From assembly GCA_002254665.1 (NCBI GenBank), contig NJDP01000001.1, positions 1-45,651 of the forward strand: a DNA stretch of 45,651 nt, given 5' to 3'. The translations under genes and the position numbers were made by a program. Each line of letters opens with the position of its first letter. The first letter of the stretch is position 1. Source of the DNA: Desulfurococcales archaeon ex4484_58 (lineage in GTDB: Archaea > Thermoproteota > Thermoprotei_A > Sulfolobales > Desulfurococcaceae). The notes beneath the pieces are model-generated. The model was not told where the DNA came from. It did not search any database and worked only from the letters and a program-made list of their open reading frames with translations. Shown here one piece after another: positions 9,943 to 20,059 of the stretch.

Positions 9943-11388
9943 ATGAAGATAAACATTGAGAAAATAAGTGAGTATGAATGGAGAATACCTAAAGGAACAA
10001 AACCATGTATGAAGACAGATGCTATAGTATTTGCTGATGAAGTATTACTTGAGAAGATGAAGACAGATCTAACCCTCGTACAAGCAGCAAATGTTGCTTG
10101 TTTACCCGGAATACAATTAAACGCTTACGTAATGCCGGATGGTCATCAAGGCTATGGATTCCCAATAGGAGGAGTAGCTGGGTTCGATGTAGAAGAAGGA
10201 GTTATAAGTCCTGGAGGAGTTGGCTACGATATTAATTGTGGAGTCCGTGTACTGAGAACTGATCTAGATGAAGAGGATGTTAGGCCTAGATTGAAAGAGC
10301 TTGTTGCAGAGCTTTTTAGGAATGTACCGAGTGGTGTAGGTGCTACTGGTAAGTTACGTTTGAGTATTGAGGAATTAAATGAAGTCCTTGATCGTGGTGT
10401 TGAATGGGCTGTTGAGAAAGGTTTTGGTTGGGAAGAAGACCTTGAATACATAGAGGAACGCGGGAGCTGGAAACAAGCAGATTCTTCAAAAGTTAGTAGA
10501 ACAGCGAAACAAAGAGGAAGAAATCAATTAGGAACACTTGGAGCTGGAAATCATTTCTTAGAGATCCAAGTTGTTGATAAAATATATGATCCAGGAGTCG
10601 CCAAGGTTATGGGTGTTACTCATGAAGGTCAAGTTACTGTTATGATCCATACTGGTAGTAGAGGTTTAGGTCATCAAGTCGCTAGTGACTATTTAATGGT
10701 TATGGAGCGAGCTATGAGGAGGTATGGTATTCATCCACCTGATCGCGAGCTTGCTAGTTTACCATTCAAGTCTCCAGAAGCACAAAACTATTTCCACGCA
10801 ATGGCTGCTGCAGCTAATTTTGCTTGGACTAATAGACATATAATAATGCATTGGGTTCGTGAAAGCTTTAAGAATGTTTTTCATAAAAACCCGGAAGACC
10901 TAGGTATTAAGCTGATCTACGACGTAGCACATAACATTGCTAAGATCGAGGAACACGTTGTAAATGGTAAGAAATACAAAGTAGTTGTTCACCGTAAAGG
11001 AGCCACTCGTGCATTCCCGCCCGGACACCCAGAGATCCCGAGTAAATATCGTAGTATCGGCCAACCAGTATTAATACCGGGTAGTATGGGTACTGCAAGT
11101 TATATATTGGTTGGTGTAAAAGAGGGAGCTAGAACATTCTATTCAGCACCACACGGTGCTGGGAGACAAGCTTCTCGTGGAGAAGCTATTAGGAGATATA
11201 ATCCGAATAGAGTTGTTGATGAATTAGCACGTAAAGGAATAGTACTACGTGCAGCTACACGTAGAGTTATTAGTGAAGAAGCACCACAAGCATATAAAGA
11301 TGTTGATCGAGTAGTGTTGGTTGCTCATAAAGTTCATATTGGGAAACTAGTTGTTAGACTACGACCAATAGGTGTTGTGAAGGGCTAG
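9943..11388 (+). CDS. rtcB: RtcB RNA 3'-phosphate ligase (tRNA-splicing ligase), no intein
   Basis: PDGHQGYGFPIGG, GAGNHF and HSGSRG-like motifs. 481 aa, uninterrupted. Confidence 0.92.
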   Translation: MKINIEKISEYEWRIPKGTKPCMKTDAIVFADEVLLEKMKTDLTLVQAANVACLPGIQLNAYVMPDGHQGYGFPIGGVAGFDVEEGVISPGGVGYDINCGVRVLRTDLDEEDVRPRLKELVAELFRNVPSGVGATGKLRLSIEELNEVLDRGVEWAVEKGFGWEEDLEYIEERGSWKQADSSKVSRTAKQRGRNQLGTLGAGNHFLEIQVVDKIYDPGVAKVMGVTHEGQVTVMIHTGSRGLGHQVASDYLMVMERAMRRYGIHPPDRELASLPFKSPEAQNYFHAMAAAANFAWTNRHIIMHWVRESFKNVFHKNPEDLGIKLIYDVAHNIAKIEEHVVNGKKYKVVVHRKGATRAFPPGHPEIPSKYRSIGQPVLIPGSMGTASYILVGVKEGARTFYSAPHGAGRQASRGEAIRRYNPNRVVDELARKGIVLRAATRRVISEEAPQAYKDVDRVVLVAHKVHIGKLVVRLRPIGVVKG

Positions 11389-12713
11389 AAGAAAAAGAAG
11401 ATCATTATAGATGATAGGAGTAATAAGAGATACCCAACCATAGACCTAAACCAATAACCTCTACTAACAACCCCCGCAATAACTATTGATTCAAACAAAG
11501 ATATATACGCAATATTTTTTATAAACAAACCATCAACATTAAACATAAACATTGAACCATCTACTCTACTAAACAATCTATACATAACATATACAACGAT
11601 CAATAGAAACAATACATATAAATAATATATCCTACCTCTCTCCTCCAACGTTCTCCTTAAACCCTTAATACCCTCAACAATACCCAATACATACCCCAAA
11701 TAACCACCACCACCCCTACTATACTCTATAGGCGCTAAAGTTAAACTTAAAACCCTCGAAGATAAAACTGGTAGTTTAAGAGACTTAACAATCTCAATAG
11801 GTTTAAGACCAAGCTTCAATAAATCAACTATACGAGAAACAGGATCGCCATACCTGTCACCAACCCTGATCAAAGCATAATCGATCGATACACCCTGCCG
11901 AGTCTCTGAATACAAATCTTCAAGCAATATAATAAACTTATTCTCAACACTAACAATATACCTAGTCATAAACAGTAATACAAGACCAATAAGTAGCACT
12001 ATAATCAAGTGGACAACCCAAAACATATCACCCAACAAAACAATAACTGGTGAACCAGCTAGAAGAGCTAGTGTAGCAGTAAATACAATGTTATCATAAG
12101 TTACCATTGCAAGACTCAATAACTTTAAAGCTACCAAGAAAGAAGCTATAGATAATCCAATAATAAAAAACAATACTAGATATGGAGGGAAAAATGTGAA
12201 TGGCAGTATAGAATATACAACGATACCCAACAATAAAATCATATATGCTTCAAACAAGTTATCTAAAAAACCAATATAACTATTGATCCTATTCTTCAAA
12301 CTGTTAAATTCATCTCTAAGAAAAGATTCAACGTATCTTAAAGTATCATTGGTCGAGATCAAAACTTCACTATAACCCCTAAAAAACTCTCTAACTCTAT
12401 CACTAGGTATCCTATCAGCTAACTTCCTTAAACAAGTATAGGGGTCGGGATTTATCTTTGATAAAAAAATATAGTCACGAGCCAAGACATTATAACTACT
12501 GGGTAATACTAATCTTCTATTAAAAGCTTCTTCAAAAACATTATCTAAACGAAGACCACTAGCCTCCAACGTTAATAAAATTGATAGAAAATCAAGAAAC
12601 TCATTCTCAAGTTTTAATTTGAAAAAATATCTCTTAATCAAAGGCTTAAACACATATATTAACAGAGAAAAAGATATTATAGCTATTATTAAGTAAATTA
12701 TATCACTCAGCAT
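11385..12713 (-). CDS. type II/IV secretion system F-family polytopic membrane protein (TadC/FlaJ-like pilus platform)
   Basis: Multiple TM segments. Overlaps the stop of the upstream secretion ATPase gene. Confidence 0.7.
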   Translation of the reverse strand: MLSDIIYLIIAIISFSLLIYVFKPLIKRYFFKLKLENEFLDFLSILLTLEASGLRLDNVFEEAFNRRLVLPSSYNVLARDYIFLSKINPDPYTCLRKLADRIPSDRVREFFRGYSEVLISTNDTLRYVESFLRDEFNSLKNRINSYIGFLDNLFEAYMILLLGIVVYSILPFTFFPPYLVLFFIIGLSIASFLVALKLLSLAMVTYDNIVFTATLALLAGSPVIVLLGDMFWVVHLIIVLLIGLVLLFMTRYIVSVENKFIILLEDLYSETRQGVSIDYALIRVGDRYGDPVSRIVDLLKLGLKPIEIVKSLKLPVLSSRVLSLTLAPIEYSRGGGGYLGYVLGIVEGIKGLRRTLEERGRIYYLYVLFLLIVVYVMYRLFSRVDGSMFMFNVDGLFIKNIAYISLFESIVIAGVVSRGYWFRSMVGYLLLLLSSIMIFFFF

Positions 12714-14229
12714 TACTCTTCAAAACCTCTTCCTCAACTAGTTTATAGTAAAAGTTAATCAATGATTCACTTAAACTATTCAAATCAAATACTCCATTAG
12801 AAACCAGTCTCCCTAGAAACTCTATCCGAGATAAAAGCTCATTGGATAGATCATCTTCATCTAATACTTGTTTTAAACGATAAGTTGAATTAATGAGACC
12901 CGGTATATCATGTGGTTTAAAATCATCAACTCTACTATACCGGAACACTTGATGAAGCTTAACTTTCTCATCTAACTCATATACACTCTTAACCCTCCTA
13001 ACACCATTATCACTCTCCATAACAACTATACACCAAATATTACTCAATAATTTCTTTGGAATAGATATGGGCGGTGAAGTTAGACGCTCGATCGCGGATA
13101 CAGCGTCTTCACTATGAAGAGTAGCTAGTACTCCGTGACCAAGCCTAGATGCTTGAACCAATAATCTAGCTTCAACACCTCTAACTTCACCTACAACTAA
13201 GTAATCAGCTCTCCTCCTTAAACTAAACTTTAGAAGAGAGTACATATCAATATTCAAGCTATCACCGATAGATACTACCCTCTCAACTAAAGGATCCCAG
13301 TAACCAGTACTACCAAGTATCTCCGGCGTATCCTCGATCGTGACAACCCTCCTAGTTGGAGGAACCAGTGTTAATAGAGCTTGAAGTAATGTAGTCTTAC
13401 CACTACTAACACCTCCAACAATCAATATTGATCCCCTAAACTCCATTACAAGCCATAGATAGGCAGCTATTAATGGAGATAATGTACCTACATCTATTAA
13501 TTTAGTAATAGTCCATGGTGTTGGTGGTTTTTTACGAATAACTAAGCTACTACCCTTCCTAGATACTTCTCTACCATAGGTTAAACTAATCCTCATACCT
13601 TCACTCGTTAAACCCTCAGCTATTGGATGTGATATTGATAAGTGTCTCCCGATCTTACGAGCTAGACTAAGAACCATTCGATCAACTATTTCTCCACTAA
13701 CCATTATATTCGTATTTATCCATCCATACCAACTATACTTCCTATGAATAATGCCTATGTTTCTATCATCGCTACTAACAGCGATCTCCTCTATATAGGG
13801 ATCTCTAACTAGCGGATACAATGCACCATATCCACTAGCTATCTTCAAATAATAATACATAATATTTAGTGGTTGTTGCGAGAAAATCTCTTGTATCCCG
13901 CGATCATTGACCTTAGAAATAGTTTTCTCGATACATACCAAGTCTTTACAACGCGGGTTCTCTAGGTATAGTTTTGAAACCACATATACTGTATTCTCAT
14001 CATACTCCGGTTCAGAGACAATATACTCTAATTCACCATTCCTATTATTGATAAATACTTGGATCACATCATCAACAACATATTGTTCAATAATATTTAC
14101 TGGTCTAACATACTTGATCCTAGTTTCACTGATCATATCATGAATGATCTTCTCGATGTAACCTCTATTTAAAAAAACACCACCTTTAACTTCATCAACT
14201 ACTTTCTTTAATTTCAATTGAAAAAACAA
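12703..14229 (-). CDS. type II/IV secretion system ATPase (VirB11/FlaI/TadA-like pilus assembly ATPase)
   Basis: Walker A GGVSSGKTT, a Walker B/Asp box and a His box. Confidence 0.85.
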   Translation of the reverse strand: MFFQLKLKKVVDEVKGGVFLNRGYIEKIIHDMISETRIKYVRPVNIIEQYVVDDVIQVFINNRNGELEYIVSEPEYDENTVYVVSKLYLENPRCKDLVCIEKTISKVNDRGIQEIFSQQPLNIMYYYLKIASGYGALYPLVRDPYIEEIAVSSDDRNIGIIHRKYSWYGWINTNIMVSGEIVDRMVLSLARKIGRHLSISHPIAEGLTSEGMRISLTYGREVSRKGSSLVIRKKPPTPWTITKLIDVGTLSPLIAAYLWLVMEFRGSILIVGGVSSGKTTLLQALLTLVPPTRRVVTIEDTPEILGSTGYWDPLVERVVSIGDSLNIDMYSLLKFSLRRRADYLVVGEVRGVEARLLVQASRLGHGVLATLHSEDAVSAIERLTSPPISIPKKLLSNIWCIVVMESDNGVRRVKSVYELDEKVKLHQVFRYSRVDDFKPHDIPGLINSTYRLKQVLDEDDLSNELLSRIEFLGRLVSNGVFDLNSLSESLINFYYKLVEEEVLKSNAE

Positions 14230-14267
14230 AATACTACACCTTTAAATTATCTCATCCTCTATACTCC

Positions 14268-14663
14268 TTACTTAACTAATGTGATCTGGTATGGTTCTGT
14301 TTCTCCCTCACTATACCTTACGATCACATAATACTTTGTATTGTTATTGAGGGATTCATCAATGAATATGTTAAAGCTCTTCGTCGTCCCCGGATCTATT
14401 GTTTGATTTATCTCTTTAGTAATATTTATTGGTATAACTACAACCTCTCTAATAGTAGTTGATGCTGTACCGATGTTTGTGATCTTTAGATTGATGATAG
14501 TTTCATTATTTACAATAACCATTTTACACGAGGTAATACTTAATGAAGCGTATTGTTTAGGTGATGATAGTGAGTTAACGACATAATTATATATGATCAC
14601 ACCACCTGCAACTGTTATTATTAAGAGTATAGCAGTAGCGACTAGAGGGGATACAGCTTTCAT
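14268..14663 (-). CDS. archaeal type IV pilin-like protein (class III signal peptide)
   Basis: N-terminus MKAVSPLVATAILLIITVAGGVIIY, then a Thr/Asn-rich beta-type domain. Lies next to the ATPase and platform genes. Confidence 0.75.
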   Translation of the reverse strand: MKAVSPLVATAILLIITVAGGVIIYNYVVNSLSSPKQYASLSITSCKMVIVNNETIINLKITNIGTASTTIREVVVIPINITKEINQTIDPGTTKSFNIFIDESLNNNTKYYVIVRYSEGETEPYQITLVK

Positions 14664-14826
14664 TTCCTATCCACCTCCTATAAGTAGTTGAGGTTAATAG
14701 GTTGTGTTGTTTATTGAAATAAATATAAAGGATTTAGTGAGAGAGATAATCGAAACTAATAGAGAATAGTAGACCTCCCAGTTAAAACGTAAATATATAG
14801 ATATAATTGTTTGGAGAGGGAGCAAT

Positions 14827-16416
14827 ATGGCTATACAAGTAGATGAGAAATATAGAGCGATTAGTCCAGCAGAGTTTTTCCTAAAATATAAAGAGATAGC
14901 TGGGTTTGCAAACCCAGCTAGAGCTATGTATCAATCAATTAGAGAACTAGTTGAAAACGCTTTAGATGCTACAGATTCACATGGTATACTACCTAATATA
15001 AAGATCATTATACGTAGAGCTGATCCAGTCCAGAACTTTTATAGAATAACAGTTGAAGATAATGGTATAGGTATACCTCCACACATAGTCCCTGAGGCTT
15101 TTGGTAGAGTACTTTTCAGTTCAAAATATATACTAAGACAAACACGTGGAATGTTTGGTTTAGGTGTTAAAGTAGCTGTACTATATGGTCAAATGACTAC
15201 CGGTAGACCTGTAGAGATCATAACTAGTAAACCGGGTTTAAAACTCATATACTATTTTAAGTTGAGAATAGATGTTCGCAGAAACGAGCCAGTAATATTA
15301 GAGCGTGGGAGCTGGAGGAAGAATAGAGAATGGCATGGAACAATAGTGTCTCTAACAATAGAGGGTGATTGGAGTAGAGCTAAGAGTAAAGTTAAAGAAT
15401 ATATTATGAGAACAGCTGTTGCAACACCATATGCAAACATAGTCTTAATGACCCCGGATAATGAGATAATCTATTATGAGAGAGTGATCAATAAATTACC
15501 GAGACCGCCTAAAGAAGTTAAACCCCACCCCTATGGAATAGACTTAGAGGTATTAAAGGGAATTATAAGCTCAACTAGATATAAAACCGTATATGATATG
15601 TTGATCCATAGCTTCCAGGGTATAGGGGAAGTTACAGCTAAGAAGATACTCGAGAAGACAAGTATTGATCCCTCCAAAGACCCTAAGAAGTTAACTGAAC
15701 AAGAAAAACTACAGTTAATAAATGCTATGAGAGAATACGATAAATATAGACCACCAAAACCAGATGCATTATCACCATTAACACCAGAAATAATAATTGC
15801 TGGACTCAAGAGGATGTATCAACCAGAATTTGTAGAAGCTATTAGTAGGAAACCCTCAACCTACCGTGGACACCCATTTATCATTGAGGTAGGATTAGCT
15901 TATGGTGGAAAAACGCCTATGAGCGGATCGGATAAACCGGTTATTCTTAGATATGCTAATAAAATACCATTACTCTATGATGAGGGTAGTGATGTTATAA
16001 CTATGGTTGTGAAAGAAGATATTAGATGGAGTAACTATCTAGTCGAATTACCAGCACCGATCCTAGTCTTCGTCCATATATGTAGTACTAAAGTACCGTT
16101 TAAAGGTGTTGGTAAAGAGAGTATTGCCGATGTACCAGAGATTAGGAGGGAGATAAAATTAGGGATATCAGAGGTTGCCCGTAGACTGAGAAACTATTTG
16201 TCTAAGAAGAGAAGAGAAGAGGAGTTAAGGAAGAAGGTAGTGAATATTGCTAAGTATGTTCCAGAGATAACAAGAGCATTAACAACAATCTCTGATGGAT
16301 ATAGATTAGATCAAAACAAAATAATTGATAAATTAGTAGAGATAATTGCTTCACGTACAAGTTTACCTATTGATGAGATAAAGAAAATTGTTGAAAGTGT
16401 AGAGATAGGTGTGTAG
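14827..16416 (+). CDS. top6B: DNA topoisomerase VI subunit B
   Basis: GHKL ATPase motifs (ELVENALDA, DNGIGI, GxxGxG). Confidence 0.92.
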   Translation: MAIQVDEKYRAISPAEFFLKYKEIAGFANPARAMYQSIRELVENALDATDSHGILPNIKIIIRRADPVQNFYRITVEDNGIGIPPHIVPEAFGRVLFSSKYILRQTRGMFGLGVKVAVLYGQMTTGRPVEIITSKPGLKLIYYFKLRIDVRRNEPVILERGSWRKNREWHGTIVSLTIEGDWSRAKSKVKEYIMRTAVATPYANIVLMTPDNEIIYYERVINKLPRPPKEVKPHPYGIDLEVLKGIISSTRYKTVYDMLIHSFQGIGEVTAKKILEKTSIDPSKDPKKLTEQEKLQLINAMREYDKYRPPKPDALSPLTPEIIIAGLKRMYQPEFVEAISRKPSTYRGHPFIIEVGLAYGGKTPMSGSDKPVILRYANKIPLLYDEGSDVITMVVKEDIRWSNYLVELPAPILVFVHICSTKVPFKGVGKESIADVPEIRREIKLGISEVARRLRNYLSKKRREEELRKKVVNIAKYVPEITRALTTISDGYRLDQNKIIDKLVEIIASRTSLPIDEIKKIVESVEIGV

Positions 16417-16428
16417 AGGCGGTTTAAA

Positions 16429-17730
16429 ATGACTATTTCATCTATAGATAAGATCGCAAGGGATAAAAGCATATCTATTCTGAGAGAAAAATTTAGTGAA
16501 ATAGCTAAGAACATTATTGAAGGTAAGAGACCAGTTTTAATTATGCCTAAGAGAGTCTTGAGTAACACTATATATGATGAGAGAAATAGGCTATTGCTTC
16601 TAGGACCGGAGATGCAGAAGAGGAGCTTTCTAGATGTAAACGAGTCTAGGAAGTTTATGCAGACACTATTGATGGCTTCGATAATATATGAAGCACTAGT
16701 TAATGACGAATATCCAACGATCCGTGATCTATACTATAGAGGGAAACACACGATCTCCTATAGAGATCCTAGAGGTAAACTATATAGAGAGAATACTTGG
16801 GATGAACAAAGAGAATCCGATTCTGTAATTAGAGATTTAGAAGTATTTCTAGGCGTATTACGTGAAGAAATGTTGATTTTAAGTAAAGAGAAAGGAAAAG
16901 TTGTAGGGAACCTAGTTATTAAGAGTGGAGATGATACTATTGATCTAAGTAAAATGGGGCATGGAGCATACTCTATAGAACCAACACCTGATCTCATAGA
17001 ATTCAAGGATGTAGATGCCGAATATGTTCTAGTAGTTGAGAAGGATGCTGTATTTCAACAATTACATAGATATGGTTTCTGGAAAAAATATAAAGCAATA
17101 TTAATAACAAGTGCTGGACAACCAGATCGAGCAACAAGAAGGTTTGTACGCAGATTAAATGAGGAACTAAAATTACCAGTGTATATACTAGCAGACTCTG
17201 ACCCCTATGGATACTATATCTATAGCGTATTCAAGATCGGATCGATAACTCTATCGTATGAAAGCGAGAGATTAGCTACTCCAAACGCTAAATTCATAGG
17301 GGTATTGATGACAGATGTATTTGGAGATAAAGTGTTTGAGAAAATCTTAAACAAGACTAAAGTAGGTGATATTTCTAAGAAGATACTACGTAAACTACCA
17401 AGGAAAAAACCCTACCTGTCAGAGAGTGAAAGGAAAAACTATATTATTAAAGCTAAACTGAAAGATGTTGAAAGAGCAGTTGAACTGGTAGGATATGATA
17501 TAGCTGATGCTTGTATTGAGGATCGGGAGCTGAAATCGAAGATTAAAAGAAAGAAAGAGGGATTAGCTGGTTATCCATGGTTTAGAACACCTGAATGGAT
17601 ACGTGAACTATGTATATTCTTTAATACATTATCAAAACTAGAAATAGAAGCAATGGCTAGTAAAGGATTAAAGTTCTTAGCAGATAAGTATATCCCAGAA
17701 AAAATCGAGACAAAAGACTATATCGATTAA
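16429..17730 (+). CDS. top6A: DNA topoisomerase VI subunit A (Spo11 family)
   Basis: 5Y-CAP motif (IRDLYYRG), Toprim VVEKDA and DSDPYG. 433 aa, longer than I remember for the family. Confidence 0.92.
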   Translation: MTISSIDKIARDKSISILREKFSEIAKNIIEGKRPVLIMPKRVLSNTIYDERNRLLLLGPEMQKRSFLDVNESRKFMQTLLMASIIYEALVNDEYPTIRDLYYRGKHTISYRDPRGKLYRENTWDEQRESDSVIRDLEVFLGVLREEMLILSKEKGKVVGNLVIKSGDDTIDLSKMGHGAYSIEPTPDLIEFKDVDAEYVLVVEKDAVFQQLHRYGFWKKYKAILITSAGQPDRATRRFVRRLNEELKLPVYILADSDPYGYYIYSVFKIGSITLSYESERLATPNAKFIGVLMTDVFGDKVFEKILNKTKVGDISKKILRKLPRKKPYLSESERKNYIIKAKLKDVERAVELVGYDIADACIEDRELKSKIKRKKEGLAGYPWFRTPEWIRELCIFFNTLSKLEIEAMASKGLKFLADKYIPEKIETKDYID

Positions 17731-17785
17731 TAACTCCCCCTCCCCCATATAAGTAATGGATTCTCGAGTCTATCCAGATACTTAG

Positions 17786-18576
17786 CTAATTCTCTCTCAG
17801 CTTCAAAATAACTAGATCGAGCTCAATAACATGTGATGCTACAGCATAACCACCCATGGTCTGTGAATCAGACAATAATAATATAGGTTTACCCGAGGGA
17901 GGTATTTGAACACATCCTCGATCAGTTGGTATAGATGGCAATCTACCTAGTTCACGGACAGACTCTAAACTCGGGCCATCTAATCTACAACCCATACGAT
18001 CACATTCTTCTGTAACTATATATTTTTCTCTAAACAATAGATCTGCGTCTCGTAGTAATGAATATGTGCAGGTCTAAGGAAACGAACCCTCCTCCAAATA
18101 CTTTCAACTTCATAATCCCCCGTAACCAATACATCATCAACTAATAAGTTTCTACCAATACAGCCAAACCCTCCTCTTAAATGAGTAGAACGACTACCAA
18201 GTACTTCTTTACATATAATACCACCAGCTACACCAATATATGAAAGAAAACTTTTATCAGGCATGATCCTTATTTCTTGTCCCTTCTCAACATATATTGG
18301 TTTCCACGACTCATACTCTACATTATCAATAAATACTTGGGGAAAACACCAGTAACAACTATAACTGTATCTCTAAGAGCTTCAAGTGTAATCGAACCAT
18401 ATAATTCTATAGATGCATTATTCCATGGACTACCCACAAGAACATTGCTATAGACATATGAAGTTTTTATCCATGGCTCCAGAAACTAGGACTCTTTTAT
18501 TACGATAACCATATCTACCATAATCTTGTATAGTAGCTAATCCATTAATAGATAATATACGTAGTACTTCAACCAT
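17786..18576 (-). pseudogene. pxpC: 5-oxoprolinase subunit C (PxpC/KipA) gene broken by frameshifts
   Basis: The N-terminus MVEVLRILSINGLATIQDYGRYGY... stops after 42 codons. Homologous segments continue in other frames (ORFs 18016..18264 and 17786..18037, ...TMGGY...). Confidence 0.8.
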
Positions 18577-19279
18577 TATATCCACCTATGAATACATTGA
18601 TTAATTCCTCGTACTCTTTTTGGTCAATAGGTTTAAACATTATTAGATCACCGGGTTTAATAGGAGTAGGTTTTTTTCTAGATCAAACATTTTAAGGGGA
18701 GTTCTACCAATTATTCTCCAACCACCTGGGCTCTTAACACTATATATACCAGTTAATAAACCAGCAATACCAACAGATTCTCTTGGCACTTTAGTTCTAG
18801 GAGTTTCGAGTCTGGGAACAGTTATCCTTCGATCTACTTCACCAAGATATATGAATCCCGGTGTGAAACCTATAGCATAACATGTATAGGTTTTAGAACT
18901 ATGTATCTTGACGATATCATCGACACTTAACCCTGTGATCTCGCTTATACTCTTTAGATCTAATCCGTATTCTTCGCTATAGAGTACTGGGATGATTCAT
19001 TTCTTCGGTTTATATATAGATTCTAGTTTCACACTATGATAACTTTTCCAGATCTCAAGTATTTTTATTACGTTTTTCACCACTAATCTTCCTAGGATCA
19101 TAGTATATAGTTATTCCTCCTATACCAGATACAATCTCGTATTCACTACCTAGCTCCTTTAACAATGCATGATACATTACATGGATTTTATCAATGCATT
19201 TGCGTGAAACTTCTCGACACATATCTATATATACCGTATATCCACCACTTAGAACTATACGTAAATCGTTAGACACCAA
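18569..19279 (-). pseudogene. pxpB: 5-oxoprolinase subunit B (PxpB/KipI) gene broken by frameshifts
   Basis: The N-terminal 74 aa are intact (19055..19279). The C-terminal ...KPGDLIMFKPIDQKEYEEL is in another frame. One shift lies in an A7 run near 18670. Confidence 0.75.
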
Positions 19280-20045
19280 TGATCTCCCTTAATGGTTTAA
19301 TATATACACCTACTTCTCTCAACCCCTCATATACTCTACGAACAAAATCTAGTGCTTTAGGAGAATCTCCATGTACACATAATTTATGTGCTCTCACTTC
19401 AACTTCATATCCATCAATCGATAACACCACTCCTTTATCAATGATCATCAATGCTCTCTTAACAGCTTCATCGACATCCTCTATTAATGCACTTGGTTTA
19501 GTTCTAGGAACTAATCTACCCTCTCTAGTATAGGCTCGATCAATAAAAGCTTCAAACGCTACACACAAACCGTGATCCTCCGCTACCTTAGCCATGGTAG
19601 AACCGTAGGGAGCTACAAGTATCAACCTATGATCATATTTCGTGATAGCTGAAACAATTGCTTCAGAATAATCAGTTCAAGTCCAAGCCATGTTATAGAG
19701 AGCACCATGTGGTTTAACATGTTGCATTCCAAGACCTTCGACTCTTAAAAATCCATTCAATGCACTAACTTGATAAATAATATAGGATTCAAGTTCTTCT
19801 CGTTTAACCTCTATAGCTCTACGTCCAAAACCCATAAGATCAGGGAAGCCGGGGGTAAGCACCTACGGCTACGTTTCTCTTTTTAGCGATCTTAACTGTT
19901 CTCCAAATACTCAATGGATCACCTGCATGGAATCCGCACGCAATATTTGCAGACGATACATACTTGAATAATTCATCTTCATCCACTAACCTCCACCTAC
20001 CATAAGATTCCCAGCATCAACATTTAGATCAATAGCTCTAACCAT
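19269..20045 (-). pseudogene. pxpA: 5-oxoprolinase subunit A (PxpA/LamB) gene broken by at least 3 frameshifts
   Basis: MVRAIDLNVDAG | ESYG..SSANIACGFHAGDP | ..[21 protein letters not shown] | ..APYGS..HGDSP are spread over three frames. Confidence 0.85.
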
Positions 20046-20059
20046 ACCAAACCCACCCT

